DNA of 64,000 nucleotides from Candidatus Woesebacteria bacterium (GCA_020060565.1 JAGVAE010000001.1:66671-130670), one strand, 5' to 3'; positions 27,992 through 38,248 are shown, counted from the stretch's first letter. Made by a program: numbers and translations. Notes: generated by a model not told the origin, from the letters alone.

Positions 27992-28227
27992 TTTATTGCT
28001 GAAAGTTTCAAATAGGATTCAATTCTTTCAACGCGCTTTCTGAGATTCAGATATTCACGGTCAAAAAATTTAATAATTAACTTTTGATCTTTTCGAATCT
28101 GTTCAATATCCTCTTTTATAGAAGTGGTATGTTTTTTGAATGCACTTTCAAACTTCCCATCAAATTTTTTATCAAATTTCTCATCAAACAGATCTCCTAT
28201 GGTTTTAACATCATTTTTGGTCAACAT
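27988..28227 (-). CDS. Small coiled-coil hypothetical protein
   Basis: MLTKND start, FDEKFDKKFDGKFE repeat, RVERIE end. Confidence 0.7.
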   Translation of the reverse strand: MLTKNDVKTIGDLFDEKFDKKFDGKFESAFKKHTTSIKEDIEQIRKDQKLIIKFFDREYLNLRKRVERIESYLKLSAIN

Positions 28228-28289
28228 AATTTTATAATACAACTTTTAACTCTACTCGCAATATTCAATATACTATATACTTTTTGCAT

Positions 28290-29399
28290 ATGCTTTTGAC
28301 TGTTCTTTATGCACTAGGAATTTTACTTGTTCTCTCCGTTCTTATTTTGATTCATGAGTTAGGGCATTTTATAGTTGCTAAAAAATCTGGTGTTTGGGTT
28401 GAAGAGTTTGGTTTTGGACTTCCACCAAGGCTTGTAGGAAAAAAAATAGGGGAAACAATCTATTCTCTTAATTGGCTCCCATTTGGAGGATTTGTAAGAC
28501 TTCATGGAGAACAAAACGAAGAGGGAATATCGAAACCTAATCGGGCATTTTTGGGAAAAAGTAAGCTAAAACGTGCAGGCATTGTTGTTGCCGGAATTGT
28601 TATGAATTTGCTTTTGGGTCTTATATGTTTTGCAATTGTTTATTCTTTTCTTGGAATCCCAAAGGAACAGGGTTTTGTGCAAATAGTTGATGTGGTAACT
28701 GAGTCTCCCGCAGCGGTTGCGGGACTAACTGTAAATGATGTTGTTGTTTCTTTAAATAAAAACCCAGTTACCAAGTCAACCGACTTTACAAACCTGACCA
28801 AAGAAAATGCTGGAAAGACGATAGCGCTTGAAATTAAAAGAGGTGAGGCTACCCAAAAATATAACATCCCACTTCGAGAAAATCCTACCGACGGGAAGTC
28901 GTTTTTAGGAATTGTTGTTAGTTCACAAACCACTTATTACCCACCAATTTGGCAGAGACCTTTTTATGGCGCATATTATGGAACCATAGCTTCTTACGAA
29001 ACAACAATCTCCGTATTCAAAGGGCTTGCAGGAATATTCTCTCAGGCAAGCCGAGGAATGGTTCCAACGGATACTGTAGGGCCTGTTGGAATATTTGCCA
29101 TCATTTATTATGTTTTAAAGCAGGGAATATTACCTATATTAAATCTAATGGGACTAATTTCAATTAACTTGGCAGTACTTAATATTCTTCCCATTCCAGC
29201 ACTTGATGGAGGACGTTTATTATTCATCGGAATTGAAGCGATTTTTGGCAAAAAAGTTTTACCCAAAGTTGAGGCTGCATTTCACTCAGTGGGATTTATG
29301 CTTCTAATTGGTCTTATCATTGTAATTTCATTCTTTGACATAAAAAGAGTGATTGCCGCTGGGGGATTTACAGGCTTCATCAATTCATTTATAAAATGA
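28290..29399 (+). CDS. rseP: RIP metalloprotease RseP (M50 plus PDZ)
   Basis: HELGH, LPFGGFV, PDZ (SPAAVAGL) and NILPIPALDGG; between frr and proS. Confidence 0.93.
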   Translation: MLLTVLYALGILLVLSVLILIHELGHFIVAKKSGVWVEEFGFGLPPRLVGKKIGETIYSLNWLPFGGFVRLHGEQNEEGISKPNRAFLGKSKLKRAGIVVAGIVMNLLLGLICFAIVYSFLGIPKEQGFVQIVDVVTESPAAVAGLTVNDVVVSLNKNPVTKSTDFTNLTKENAGKTIALEIKRGEATQKYNIPLRENPTDGKSFLGIVVSSQTTYYPPIWQRPFYGAYYGTIASYETTISVFKGLAGIFSQASRGMVPTDTVGPVGIFAIIYYVLKQGILPILNLMGLISINLAVLNILPIPALDGGRLLFIGIEAIFGKKVLPKVEAAFHSVGFMLLIGLIIVISFFDIKRVIAAGGFTGFINSFIK

Positions 29400-29415
29400 T
29401 ACAATTGGCTTATAT

Positions 29416-30648
29416 ATGAGACAATCTCAGCTTTTCCCTAAAACTCGAAAGGAAGCTCCAAAAGATGCTACCAGTGTAAACCATAAACTTCTAGTGCGGG
29501 CAGGATTTATTGATCAGCTCATGGCAGGAAGTTGGACTCTTCTTCCTTTAGGGTGGAGGGTTATAACAAAAATAAATCAGATAATTCGTGAAGAAATTAA
29601 TGCAGTGGGGGGTCAGGAAATGTTAATGCCGTTACTTCACCCAAAAGAAATTTGGAGTGAAACTGGAAGATGGGACAAAGCAGATGAGATTATGTACAAG
29701 CTCAAAGATGCAAGGGGAAAAGAATATGTACTTTCTTTTACTCACGAAGAGATTGTCATGGATTTACTTCGAAAAAACATTACAAGTTATCAGGATTTAC
29801 CTGTTTGTGTTTATCATTTTTCCACAAAATTCAGACATGAACTTAGGGCAAAAAGTGGAATTTTAAGGGGAAGGGAGTTCATGATGAAAGATCTCTACTC
29901 TGCTCACACCACAGAAAAAGGTTTAACGGATTATTATGAAAAAGTAAAAGGTGCATATTCCAAAATATTTAAACGACTTGGATTTAATTTCAGAGTAGTT
30001 GAGGCTTCGGGTGGGGTTTTTACGGATAAACATACACATGAGTTTCAAGTATTAAATGCAAATGGTGAGGATGTTATTTATATTTGTGACTCATGTGATT
30101 TTGCGCAGAACAAGGAAATCTTCAAAGGTAAGGTTGGGGAATCTTGCCCAAGATGCAAAAAAGGAAAAATTAGTGAAGAAGCCAAAACCGTGGAAGTAGG
30201 AAACATTTTTCCACTTGGCACTTGGTATGCGGAACGCATGAGAATGTTTTTTACAGATCGCGATGGTGGCAAAAAACCAGTTTGGTTTGGAAGTTATGGA
30301 ATCGGACCTACTCGTGTTATGGGAACATGGGTTGAAGTATCACATGATCAGAGTGGAATTATTTGGAACCGCGAAATCTCACCTTTTGATATACACCTTA
30401 TTGAGCTTCCTGGAGTTAAAAACACTGAAAAGATATATGAGGATCTTAAAGCTGCAGGGATCGATGTTCTTTGGGATGATCGAGATGTTCCTGCAGGACA
30501 AAAATTTGCAGACAGTGATCTTATTGGAATTCCTGTAAGACTTGTAGTCTCAGAAAGAAACGGAGACAAGATTGAGTGGAAAGAAAGATTTTCGAATACA
30601 TCCAAATTATTGACATTGAATGAGATAATAAATAGCTTTGGTAAATAA
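29416..30648 (+). CDS. proS: Proline--tRNA ligase (short form, no INS editing domain)
   Basis: SVNHKLLVRAGFI, THEE, LRGREFMMKDLYS, EVGNIF and GSYGIG motifs. Confidence 0.95.
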   Translation: MRQSQLFPKTRKEAPKDATSVNHKLLVRAGFIDQLMAGSWTLLPLGWRVITKINQIIREEINAVGGQEMLMPLLHPKEIWSETGRWDKADEIMYKLKDARGKEYVLSFTHEEIVMDLLRKNITSYQDLPVCVYHFSTKFRHELRAKSGILRGREFMMKDLYSAHTTEKGLTDYYEKVKGAYSKIFKRLGFNFRVVEASGGVFTDKHTHEFQVLNANGEDVIYICDSCDFAQNKEIFKGKVGESCPRCKKGKISEEAKTVEVGNIFPLGTWYAERMRMFFTDRDGGKKPVWFGSYGIGPTRVMGTWVEVSHDQSGIIWNREISPFDIHLIELPGVKNTEKIYEDLKAAGIDVLWDDRDVPAGQKFADSDLIGIPVRLVVSERNGDKIEWKERFSNTSKLLTLNEIINSFGK

Positions 30649-31636
30649 GAATAAAAAAGTAGTTGTTATAGGAGGGGGGACAGGAACTTTTACCATTCTT
30701 TCAGGTCTTAAAAAATATCCCCAGCTTGATATCAGTGTAATAGTTTCCATGATGGATGACGGGGGAAGCAATCGTGTGATAAGGGACGAGTTTGGACTTC
30801 TTCCCACGAGTGATTTAAGGCAGTGCATGGTGGCTCTTGCTGGGAGCGATTCTGACGAAACCTTAAGAAAACTATTTACATATAGATATGAGAATGGGGT
30901 GGGAATTGCAGGCATGACGTTTGGAAATTTATTTATGGCAGCCCTAACTGATATTTATGGGGGAGATCAGAAAAAGGCAATCGAAGAAACCTGTGAGCTT
31001 TTGGGGGTAAGGGGGAAAATTATCCCTGTAACTTTTGAAAAGACAAACTTGGTAGCTACATATGCAAATGGTAAACAGGTTTTGGGAGAACATGAAATTG
31101 ATGAGCCGTGCAGTGGTGTAGGTAAATCAAAAATTATTGACCTTCAGATTTTTCCAAAAATTGCGGTCAATAAAGACGCTCTAAGTGCAATTACTTCCGC
31201 TGATTTAATCATTTTGGGACCGGGAGATTTTTATACAAGTATTTTACCTAACATAGTTGTGGATGGTGTTGCAAAAGAGATTAAAAAATCGCATGGAAAA
31301 GTAGTCTTTGTTATGAATTTAATGACTAAATATGGACAAACCATTGGTTTTACTGCAAGCACTTTTGTTTCTGAAATTAATAAATATTTAGGAAAGGATC
31401 CTGATGTTGTACTAATAAATAGTGGTAAAAAGATTCCAATTTCAATTTTAAAAAAGTATAAAGTGGAAAAAGCTGAAATGGTACGCGACGATTTAAAAAA
31501 ATCAAAAATGAAAGTTGTTAGAAAACAGTTAATTTCAAATAAAGTATACAAAAAACCAAAGAGCGATAAGTTAGTTAGAAGCCTAATCCGTCACAATTCG
31601 GAAAAATTAGCAAAATCAATAGTTGATCTTCTCTGA
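30638..31636 (+). CDS. YvcK/CofD-like protein (gluconeogenesis factor family)
   Basis: VVIGGGTG, DDGGS, GEHEID and LGPGDFYTSILPN motifs. Confidence 0.9.
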   Translation: MVNKNKKVVVIGGGTGTFTILSGLKKYPQLDISVIVSMMDDGGSNRVIRDEFGLLPTSDLRQCMVALAGSDSDETLRKLFTYRYENGVGIAGMTFGNLFMAALTDIYGGDQKKAIEETCELLGVRGKIIPVTFEKTNLVATYANGKQVLGEHEIDEPCSGVGKSKIIDLQIFPKIAVNKDALSAITSADLIILGPGDFYTSILPNIVVDGVAKEIKKSHGKVVFVMNLMTKYGQTIGFTASTFVSEINKYLGKDPDVVLINSGKKIPISILKKYKVEKAEMVRDDLKKSKMKVVRKQLISNKVYKKPKSDKLVRSLIRHNSEKLAKSIVDLL

Positions 31637-31671
31637 TCTTCGAATTAGACTAAGTACGCCATATATAAAAT

Positions 31672-32112
31672 ATGATTGCTCAAACTCTACAACAAAAAAT
31701 AGGTGAGGCAATGAAAGCTCATGATGAAGTAAAGCTTTCAACACTTCGTCTTCTTTCATCTGCTTTTAATTATGAAAAGATTGCTAAACAACACGATCTA
31801 GACGATAGCGAAGAGTTAGTAGTAATTAGGAGGGAGGCAAAACAAAGAAAAGATTCTGTTGAGGCTTATAAAAAAGCAGGAGCAATGGATTTAGCTGCAA
31901 AAGAAGAAGCGGAGTTAGTTATTTTGCAAGAATACTTGCCTCCAGAGATGGATGAGAAAGAGCTAACAAAAATTGTTATTGAGGTAGTTGCCCAAACTGG
32001 AGCAAAAACCATGGCTGATATTGGGAAAGTAATGGGAATGGTAAAATCCAAAGCCCCCGAGGCAGATGGTGGACGTGTTGCGGGAATTATTAAAAAGGAA
32101 CTTGGTATATGA
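31672..32112 (+). CDS. GatB/YqeY domain protein
   Basis: AMKA, KQRKDSVEAY, EYLP and GKVMG motifs. Confidence 0.93.
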   Translation: MIAQTLQQKIGEAMKAHDEVKLSTLRLLSSAFNYEKIAKQHDLDDSEELVVIRREAKQRKDSVEAYKKAGAMDLAAKEEAELVILQEYLPPEMDEKELTKIVIEVVAQTGAKTMADIGKVMGMVKSKAPEADGGRVAGIIKKELGI

Positions 32113-32504
32113 TCAAAGTCTCCGTAACCAAACAATCTAATTATTCAGCAAATTCAACTGCAATTAAAAAAAGACTGTCTTTATATTTGCAGAAACAGGG
32201 AATAGTTTCAGACGCTGAAGTTTCTGTTGCAATTGTCGGTGAGAAAAAAATGATGGAGATTGGAAACAAATACCTAAAAGACAAGAAACTTCATAATGTC
32301 CTCTCTTTTACACCAAATGAAACTAAAGCTGATTTTATTTTTCCCCCTGATGGAATAATTCATCTGGGTGAAATTGTTGTTTGTTACCCACTTGCAGTCA
32401 AAGAAGCTGGGGAGGAAAATGTTTTGACTATTGAAAGAGTTTGCGAGTTGGTTGAACACGGAGCCTTACATTTATTGGGGATACACCATGAAATTAAAAA
32501 TTAA
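32109..32504 (+). CDS. ybeY: rRNA maturation endoribonuclease YbeY
   Basis: NVLSF, LGEIVV and HGALHLLGIHH motifs. Confidence 0.92.
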   Translation: MIKVSVTKQSNYSANSTAIKKRLSLYLQKQGIVSDAEVSVAIVGEKKMMEIGNKYLKDKKLHNVLSFTPNETKADFIFPPDGIIHLGEIVVCYPLAVKEAGEENVLTIERVCELVEHGALHLLGIHHEIKN

Positions 32505-32528
32505 AAAATAAAAATTTAAAATTGCCAG

Positions 32529-33995
32529 ATGACACTATATTTAAAATATCGATCCAAGAATCTAGACGAACTGGATCTTCCTGAGGTAGCTGAGTCACTA
32601 AAAAAAATTGTTAACTCTGGTTCAATTCCTCACGCATTTCTTTTTGCAGGACCTAAAGGAACTGGTAAAACTTCAGCTGCCAGAATTTTGGCAAAGATAA
32701 TTAACTGTGAGAAGTTAGGAAAGGGTGGAGTACCTTGTGATAAATGTGAACAATGCGTCTCAATAACAAAAGGAACCAATTTAGATGTTATTGAAATGGA
32801 TGCAGCTTCTCATCGTGGGATTGATGATGTTAGAACCTTGAGGGATGCGGTTAAGCTTTCTCCAACAAAAGCAAAAAAGAAGATTTACATAATTGACGAA
32901 GCGCACATGTTAACAACGGAAGCTTCCAATGCACTTTTAAAAACCTTGGAAGAACCACCCGATCATGTGGTTTTTATACTAGCGACAACAAACCCTGAAA
33001 AATTAATTGACACTATTCGTTCCAGAACCACATTTATTACATTCAGAAAAGCTTCCATTGGTGAAATCGTTAATGCATTAAAAAGAGTTGTTTCTTCTGA
33101 AAAAATTAAAATAAAAGAAGAATCACTTTTAAGGATTGCTGAAGTTTCAGGGGGAGCATTCCGCGATGCAATTAAAATTCTTGAACAGTTTAATGCTGAG
33201 GGAGAAATTTATCTGGATAAATTTAAATGTTCTGAACTAACTAGTTTTATAGAAGCTTTAATTAAAAAAGATGAAAAAGGTGCAATTAACGAGATTGAAA
33301 AGAATGTTGAACTGGGAATATCTATTGAAGTATTTTTACAAGTGCTTTTGACTTTATTCCACAAAGCAATACTGTCTGAGGTTGGAGTGGGGGAAAACAA
33401 AATAGAGGGTTTGGATAAGAAAGACTTAGTTATATTAACCGATTTATTCACTGAGGCAAACAAATCTTTGGTGGACTCACCAATCGAACAGTTGCCCGTT
33501 GAAATTGCAGTCATTAAATGGTGCGGTGAGGACAAAAATGTCGAATCTAGAAACTTGAACTTAAAGAAAGATAACGAAGTAAAAGAAGCTCCTGATGTAG
33601 TTATTTCCACACAAGATTCTAAATTCCAAGTCCCAGATTCTAATATTGGTATAGTTAATGACGATATCTGGAAAACAATCTTATCAGCAATTCACCCAGT
33701 AAATGCTTCAATTGAAGGACTTTTAAGGGCTAGTCGTCCTGTGGGATACGATGGAAAAACTCTGACTTTAGGTGTTTTTTATAAATTCCATAAAGAGCGA
33801 CTTGAGGACGCAAACCATAGAAAAATTTTGGAAGACGTTATTGAAAAAGTTCTTAATTGCCCAACACGAATTGTTTGCACTTTGGTTGCCCCTCCACCAA
33901 AAGTTATTATTGAAGAAGCAAAAACCGAACCAGTTTTGACTGAAAGCTCGGAACCAGATATAATCAAAGCTGCTGAAGAGATATTTGGAAACTAA
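32529..33995 (+). CDS. dnaX: DNA polymerase III subunit gamma/tau
   Basis: GPKGTGKTS, zinc site C...PCDKCEQC, IIDEAHML and LKTLEEPP. Confidence 0.97.
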   Translation: MTLYLKYRSKNLDELDLPEVAESLKKIVNSGSIPHAFLFAGPKGTGKTSAARILAKIINCEKLGKGGVPCDKCEQCVSITKGTNLDVIEMDAASHRGIDDVRTLRDAVKLSPTKAKKKIYIIDEAHMLTTEASNALLKTLEEPPDHVVFILATTNPEKLIDTIRSRTTFITFRKASIGEIVNALKRVVSSEKIKIKEESLLRIAEVSGGAFRDAIKILEQFNAEGEIYLDKFKCSELTSFIEALIKKDEKGAINEIEKNVELGISIEVFLQVLLTLFHKAILSEVGVGENKIEGLDKKDLVILTDLFTEANKSLVDSPIEQLPVEIAVIKWCGEDKNVESRNLNLKKDNEVKEAPDVVISTQDSKFQVPDSNIGIVNDDIWKTILSAIHPVNASIEGLLRASRPVGYDGKTLTLGVFYKFHKERLEDANHRKILEDVIEKVLNCPTRIVCTLVAPPPKVIIEEAKTEPVLTESSEPDIIKAAEEIFGN

Positions 33996-33998
33996 TAT

Positions 33999-34283
33999 AT
34001 GTTCGACAAATTTAACCAATTAAAAAAACTAGGAGAGCTTAAAAAACAAGGAGAAGCTCTCCAGAAAGAACTTGAAAAAATAATAAAAACTGTTGAAAAA
34101 AACGGTTGGCAGGTTTCTGTTACGGGTGACCAAAAAATTAGATACATTAAAAAAGATGGGGAGGATCTTAAAGAATTGGTAGATCTAATAAACAGTGCAA
34201 TGAAAGACATCCAAAAAGAATCTGCAAAGAAAATGATGGAAATGGGTGGAGGACTTAGTGGACTTCTTGGTGGACTTAAGTAA
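33999..34283 (+). CDS. ybaB: YbaB/EbfC nucleoid-associated protein
   Basis: Size, VSVTGDQ motif, Gly-rich tail; position between dnaX and recR. Confidence 0.85.
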   Translation: MFDKFNQLKKLGELKKQGEALQKELEKIIKTVEKNGWQVSVTGDQKIRYIKKDGEDLKELVDLINSAMKDIQKESAKKMMEMGGGLSGLLGGLK

Positions 34284-34292
34284 AAATTAGTG

Positions 34293-35678
34293 ATGAAAAT
34301 TAGAACTGCCGGAATCTTCTCTGTTATCTTTTTGTTAGCTACTCTTTTTGCTGGTGTGTATTTGGTTGGGATAAAGACAGGTTTTATCAAAAAAGCTTTT
34401 GGAACTCCTGCTAATTTAATAATTGATTTGGGATCAAGTTTTGCAAATCCTGGAGATTGTTGGAGAAGTTTGGCTCAAGGAGGAGAATCAAGGGGTAGAA
34501 TGATTGCTCCTGCAATTTCTGAAGTTAAAAAACTTCAACCTCAATATATTCGTATTGATCACATTTATGATAACTATAATGTTGTAAGGCGTGACGGGGG
34601 ACAACTTGCTTTCAATTGGCAGGAATTGGATCTGATTATTCAAGACATTTTGGCAACTGGTGCTAAACCTTTCTTAAGTCTTTCCTATATGCCACCCGCA
34701 ATTTCCAAAGATGGCAATGTGGATAGTGTTCCCACTAACTGGGTAGAATGGCAAATAGTTGTTCAAAAAACCATAGAGCATGTTAGTGGTAAAGGAGGAT
34801 TAAACTTAAGTGGAGTTTATTATGAAGTTTGGAACGAACCAGATCTTTTTGGTAGGTTTAAGGCAGGGGGAGACAAAAATTATTTAGATCTCTATTATTA
34901 TGCACAACTTGGAGCCAAATCGGCAAGGGGGGTTAATTCTTTCAAAATTGGTGGTCCCGCTACAACTGGTTTATATAAATCCTGGATAGATGCTCTCCTT
35001 CTAATGGCACAAAGTGGAAAAATTAGGCTAGATTTTCTTTCTTGGCACAATTATTCAAGAGATATAGATAAGTATGATGAGAATATACAAAATATTGCAG
35101 AATGGGTCTCGGCTTATCCAAATTATTCAAATATTGAACTGGTTGTTTCTGAGCTTGGGATAAACAGTGAAAACGACCCAGCATATGACGGTAATCTTTC
35201 AGCTATTCATACTTTGGCCTCTGCCTCTGTTCTCCAAACTAATGTAAACAAATGTTTTAACTTTGAGATTATTGATGGAGCTGGTCCAGAAAAACTGTGG
35301 GGAAGGTGGGGGCTTTTAACTAATGAAAAATTTGGTGCTCCAACTCCAAAAACAAGATTCTATGCAATTCAGTTTTTAAACAGAATGGTAGGGGAGAGAA
35401 TTTCAGTTGGGGGGTCAGGAAGTTGGGTTAAGGCTTTTGGGAGAAACCAGGGAAACAAGTTTAAGATTTTGGTTGTTAATTATGATCCGACAGGAAAACA
35501 TGGAGAAGTTGTACCCTTTAATTTAATAAATTTACCATATAGAAAATTTACAATTAAAAGAATTGATTTTTTGGGAGGAAGTTCAACTCAAACTGTAGAT
35601 ATAGATACCCCCAATTGGAGTACAGACATGGCATTCTCACCGAATTCTGCTAGTATATTTGAGATAGAACCTATATGA
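34293..35678 (+). CDS. Membrane-anchored GH39-like (clan GH-A) glycoside hydrolase
   Basis: N-terminal TM; YIRIDH, EVWNEP (acid/base), IGGP, FLSWHNY and VSE (nucleophile). Confidence 0.8.
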   Translation: MKIRTAGIFSVIFLLATLFAGVYLVGIKTGFIKKAFGTPANLIIDLGSSFANPGDCWRSLAQGGESRGRMIAPAISEVKKLQPQYIRIDHIYDNYNVVRRDGGQLAFNWQELDLIIQDILATGAKPFLSLSYMPPAISKDGNVDSVPTNWVEWQIVVQKTIEHVSGKGGLNLSGVYYEVWNEPDLFGRFKAGGDKNYLDLYYYAQLGAKSARGVNSFKIGGPATTGLYKSWIDALLLMAQSGKIRLDFLSWHNYSRDIDKYDENIQNIAEWVSAYPNYSNIELVVSELGINSENDPAYDGNLSAIHTLASASVLQTNVNKCFNFEIIDGAGPEKLWGRWGLLTNEKFGAPTPKTRFYAIQFLNRMVGERISVGGSGSWVKAFGRNQGNKFKILVVNYDPTGKHGEVVPFNLINLPYRKFTIKRIDFLGGSSTQTVDIDTPNWSTDMAFSPNSASIFEIEPI

Positions 35679-36289
35679 AAATTGCAAAACCAATACAGGC
35701 ATTAATTGAAAGTTTTCAAAAACTTCCAGGAGTGGGACCTAAAAGCGCACAACGTCTTACTTATTATTTACTCCATGTTCCACAAATCCAATTGGATGAA
35801 TTTTCTGATTCCATAATGCGTCTTAAAAAAGATACTGTTCTTTGTTCAGTTTGTAAAAATATAGGCGAGACCGAGCCTTGTCCAATCTGTTCTGATAAAT
35901 CTCGGGATCATACGCAAGTTTTAGTGGTTGAGCAGCCCTTAGACATTTTGGCATTTGAAAGAACTGGAAAGTTCAAAGGTGTGTATCACGTTCTTCATGG
36001 AGCAATTAATCCATTGGAAAATATTGGCCCCGATGAAATATATATCCAACAGCTGTTGGATAGAATCTCGAATATGGAATCTGGAATTAAGGAAGTAATA
36101 ATAGCGACAAACCCAACAATGGAAGGAAATGCAACGGCTATGTATTTGCGTAAGCAAATACAATTACTAATTACTGATAACCAATTACTAATCACTAGAC
36201 TTGGGATGGGTATCCCCACAGGCGCAGATCTAGAGTATGCTGATGAGACAACACTAACCCAAGCTCTCGAAGGAAGAAGAGAGATATAA
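35675..36289 (+). CDS. recR: Recombination mediator RecR
   Basis: LPGVGPKSAQR, CSVC...PCPIC, YHVLHG and TOPRIM ATNPTMEG. Confidence 0.97.
   Translation: MKIAKPIQALIESFQKLPGVGPKSAQRLTYYLLHVPQIQLDEFSDSIMRLKKDTVLCSVCKNIGETEPCPICSDKSRDHTQVLVVEQPLDILAFERTGKFKGVYHVLHGAINPLENIGPDEIYIQQLLDRISNMESGIKEVIIATNPTMEGNATAMYLRKQIQLLITDNQLLITRLGMGIPTGADLEYADETTLTQALEGRREI
36161..36195 (+). repeat. Heptamer-periodic tract inside recR
   Basis: caattac taattac tgataac caattac taatcac, encoding QLLITDNQLLIT; second tract gaatctc gaatatg gaatctg gaattaa at 36063-36090. Confidence 0.8.
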
Positions 36290-36297
36290 CAAAAAAG

Positions 36298-36837
36298 ATG
36301 ACTAATCTTGCCCAGGATACCACAAAATCTGCAAAAAACTTAGCTCAACAAATTGCTAAACAGATGGTTCGTGAACCTTTAGAAATATTAAAGGATGCAC
36401 GGGAACAAACTACTGGACAGGAACTGTCTGGACAACCAAGCAATCAACAAACAGAATCTTCAGACAATCAAAATAAACAGATTGAACAGCAAAAAGAAAT
36501 TCAGGACAAAATGAAAGCGGGCAGGAGGATGGAGGCACTAAACCGTGAACTTGATGACATTCACAAACAAAAAAAATTTTCCGAACTTCAAAAAAGGATT
36601 TCAGAAGGAGAAGAAATTTCTCTAGAAGAATACCCAGAGCTTTCAATGGAACAGAAACAAGTCTTGAAAGCCCAAATGGAAGCTGTAAAAGTACAAAGTA
36701 CTAAGTACAAAGTACAAAGTACTGGTCTTGTTGAACCTGCTACCAAAAAAGGAAGACAACTATTTAACTTTGGTAAAAAACAGGCGATGAAGAATGAACA
36801 AACACGCGTAGAAAAACCCATTCCTCCAAGCGGATAA
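36298..36837 (+). CDS. Hypothetical Gln/Lys-rich protein
   Basis: 179-aa ORF co-oriented between recR and cysS. Confidence 0.75.
   Translation: MTNLAQDTTKSAKNLAQQIAKQMVREPLEILKDAREQTTGQELSGQPSNQQTESSDNQNKQIEQQKEIQDKMKAGRRMEALNRELDDIHKQKKFSELQKRISEGEEISLEEYPELSMEQKQVLKAQMEAVKVQSTKYKVQSTGLVEPATKKGRQLFNFGKKQAMKNEQTRVEKPIPPSG
36688..36722 (+). repeat. Heptamer tandem repeat (AAAGTAC x5)
   Basis: aaagtac aaagtac taagtac aaagtac aaagtac, encoding KVQSTKYKVQST. Confidence 0.9.
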
Positions 36838-36856
36838 TCTGATACAATAGCCTTAA

Positions 36857-38227
36857 ATGGATATATATATAACAAATACCTTAACCCGTAAAAAGGAAAA
36901 GTTTGAGCCAATAAATGATAAAAAGGTTAATCTTTTTGTGTGTGGACCAACCGTTTATGATCATTCGCACTTGGGACACGCAAAAACCTATACACAATTT
37001 GACATTTTAGTACGTTTTTTACGAAGTCTTGGCTTCGATGTCTTCTATCTTCAGAATATTACGGATATTGATGACAAAATAATAAACCGAGCTAGAGAAA
37101 CTAACGTTGCATGGAAGACTTTAACCGAAAAGTACGAAAAATTTTATGTTGAGGATATGCACCGACTTAACAATACTTCTGTATCGAAATATGCTCGGGC
37201 GACGGACTATATTGAGCAAATAGTTAAGCAAGTTAAAACACTTATGGAAAAAGGATTTGCCTATACAATAGATGACGGAATATATTTTGAAATTTCCAAG
37301 TTCTCGGACTATGGTAAGCTTTCGGGGCGTACTGAACTTAAACAAGGGGATTCGGAGTCAAGAATTGATGAAAATAAACAAAAAAGAGGTTGGAATGATT
37401 TTTGTTTGTGGAAATTTTCAAAACCAGACGAACCTTGCTGGAAAGCTGAATTTGGAGACGGTCGACCTGGATGGCACATAGAAGACACGGCCATTACCGA
37501 GACATTTTTTGGACCACAATACGATATTCATGGAGGAGCGGTTGATCTTATAATTCCACATCATGAGGCTGAAATTGCTCAAATGGAATCTGCATCTGGT
37601 AAAAAACCACTTGTCAGATACTGGCTGCATACGGCATTCTTAATGGTTGATGGTAGAAAGATGAGTAAAAGCTTGGGAAATTTTTACACAATAAGTGAAG
37701 TAATTGAAAAAGGATTTGATCCCTTAGCACTTAGATATTTATTCTTGGGAGCACACTACCGCGATACCCTAAATTTTACATGGGATTCATTAGAAGCTGC
37801 TCAAAATGGGTTTAAAAATCTTAAGAGTCAAATTGCAAATTTAAAATCTCAGACCGATCGGACTACTCTGTCGCCAGAGAAGGAGAAGAAGATTGATGAG
37901 TATAGAGTGAGGTTTATGGAAGCCCTTAATGATGATTTAAATACCCCCAAAGCACTTGCAGTAATGTGGGAGATGTTAAAAAGCAACATTCCCTCAGCCG
38001 ATAAATATGATTTAGCAATGAGTTTTGATGAAGTCTTGGGGTTGAAGCTAGAATCTGGAATTTCGAATCTAGAATCCAATCTCCCAGATGACGTAAAAAT
38101 ACTAATGGAAAAAAGAGAAGGATTAAGGAAACAAAAAAAATTTGAGGAAGCGGATACTATAAGGAAGCAAATTGAAGAATTGGGTTACAAAGTCAATGAT
38201 TCATCAGTGATTGACGCATCTAGGTAA
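36857..38227 (+). CDS. cysS: Cysteine--tRNA ligase
   Basis: CGPTVY...HLGH, GRPGWHIE, PHHEAE, KMSKSLGN and DDLNTP motifs. Confidence 0.97.
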   Translation: MDIYITNTLTRKKEKFEPINDKKVNLFVCGPTVYDHSHLGHAKTYTQFDILVRFLRSLGFDVFYLQNITDIDDKIINRARETNVAWKTLTEKYEKFYVEDMHRLNNTSVSKYARATDYIEQIVKQVKTLMEKGFAYTIDDGIYFEISKFSDYGKLSGRTELKQGDSESRIDENKQKRGWNDFCLWKFSKPDEPCWKAEFGDGRPGWHIEDTAITETFFGPQYDIHGGAVDLIIPHHEAEIAQMESASGKKPLVRYWLHTAFLMVDGRKMSKSLGNFYTISEVIEKGFDPLALRYLFLGAHYRDTLNFTWDSLEAAQNGFKNLKSQIANLKSQTDRTTLSPEKEKKIDEYRVRFMEALNDDLNTPKALAVMWEMLKSNIPSADKYDLAMSFDEVLGLKLESGISNLESNLPDDVKILMEKREGLRKQKKFEEADTIRKQIEELGYKVNDSSVIDASR

Positions 38228-38248
38228 CATTAGTATTATTAAAGATAT

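Noticed and set aside
28140-28190. 12-nt-period repeat encoding FDEKFDKKFDGKF
   Set aside because: It is a codon-phased coiled-coil repeat explained at the protein level, not part of the heptamer family.
33261-33272. Possible programmed -1 frameshift site in dnaX (AAAAAAG)
   Set aside because: The run is phased AAA AAA GAT rather than A AAA AAG, lies too early in the gene, and has no obvious stimulatory hairpin.
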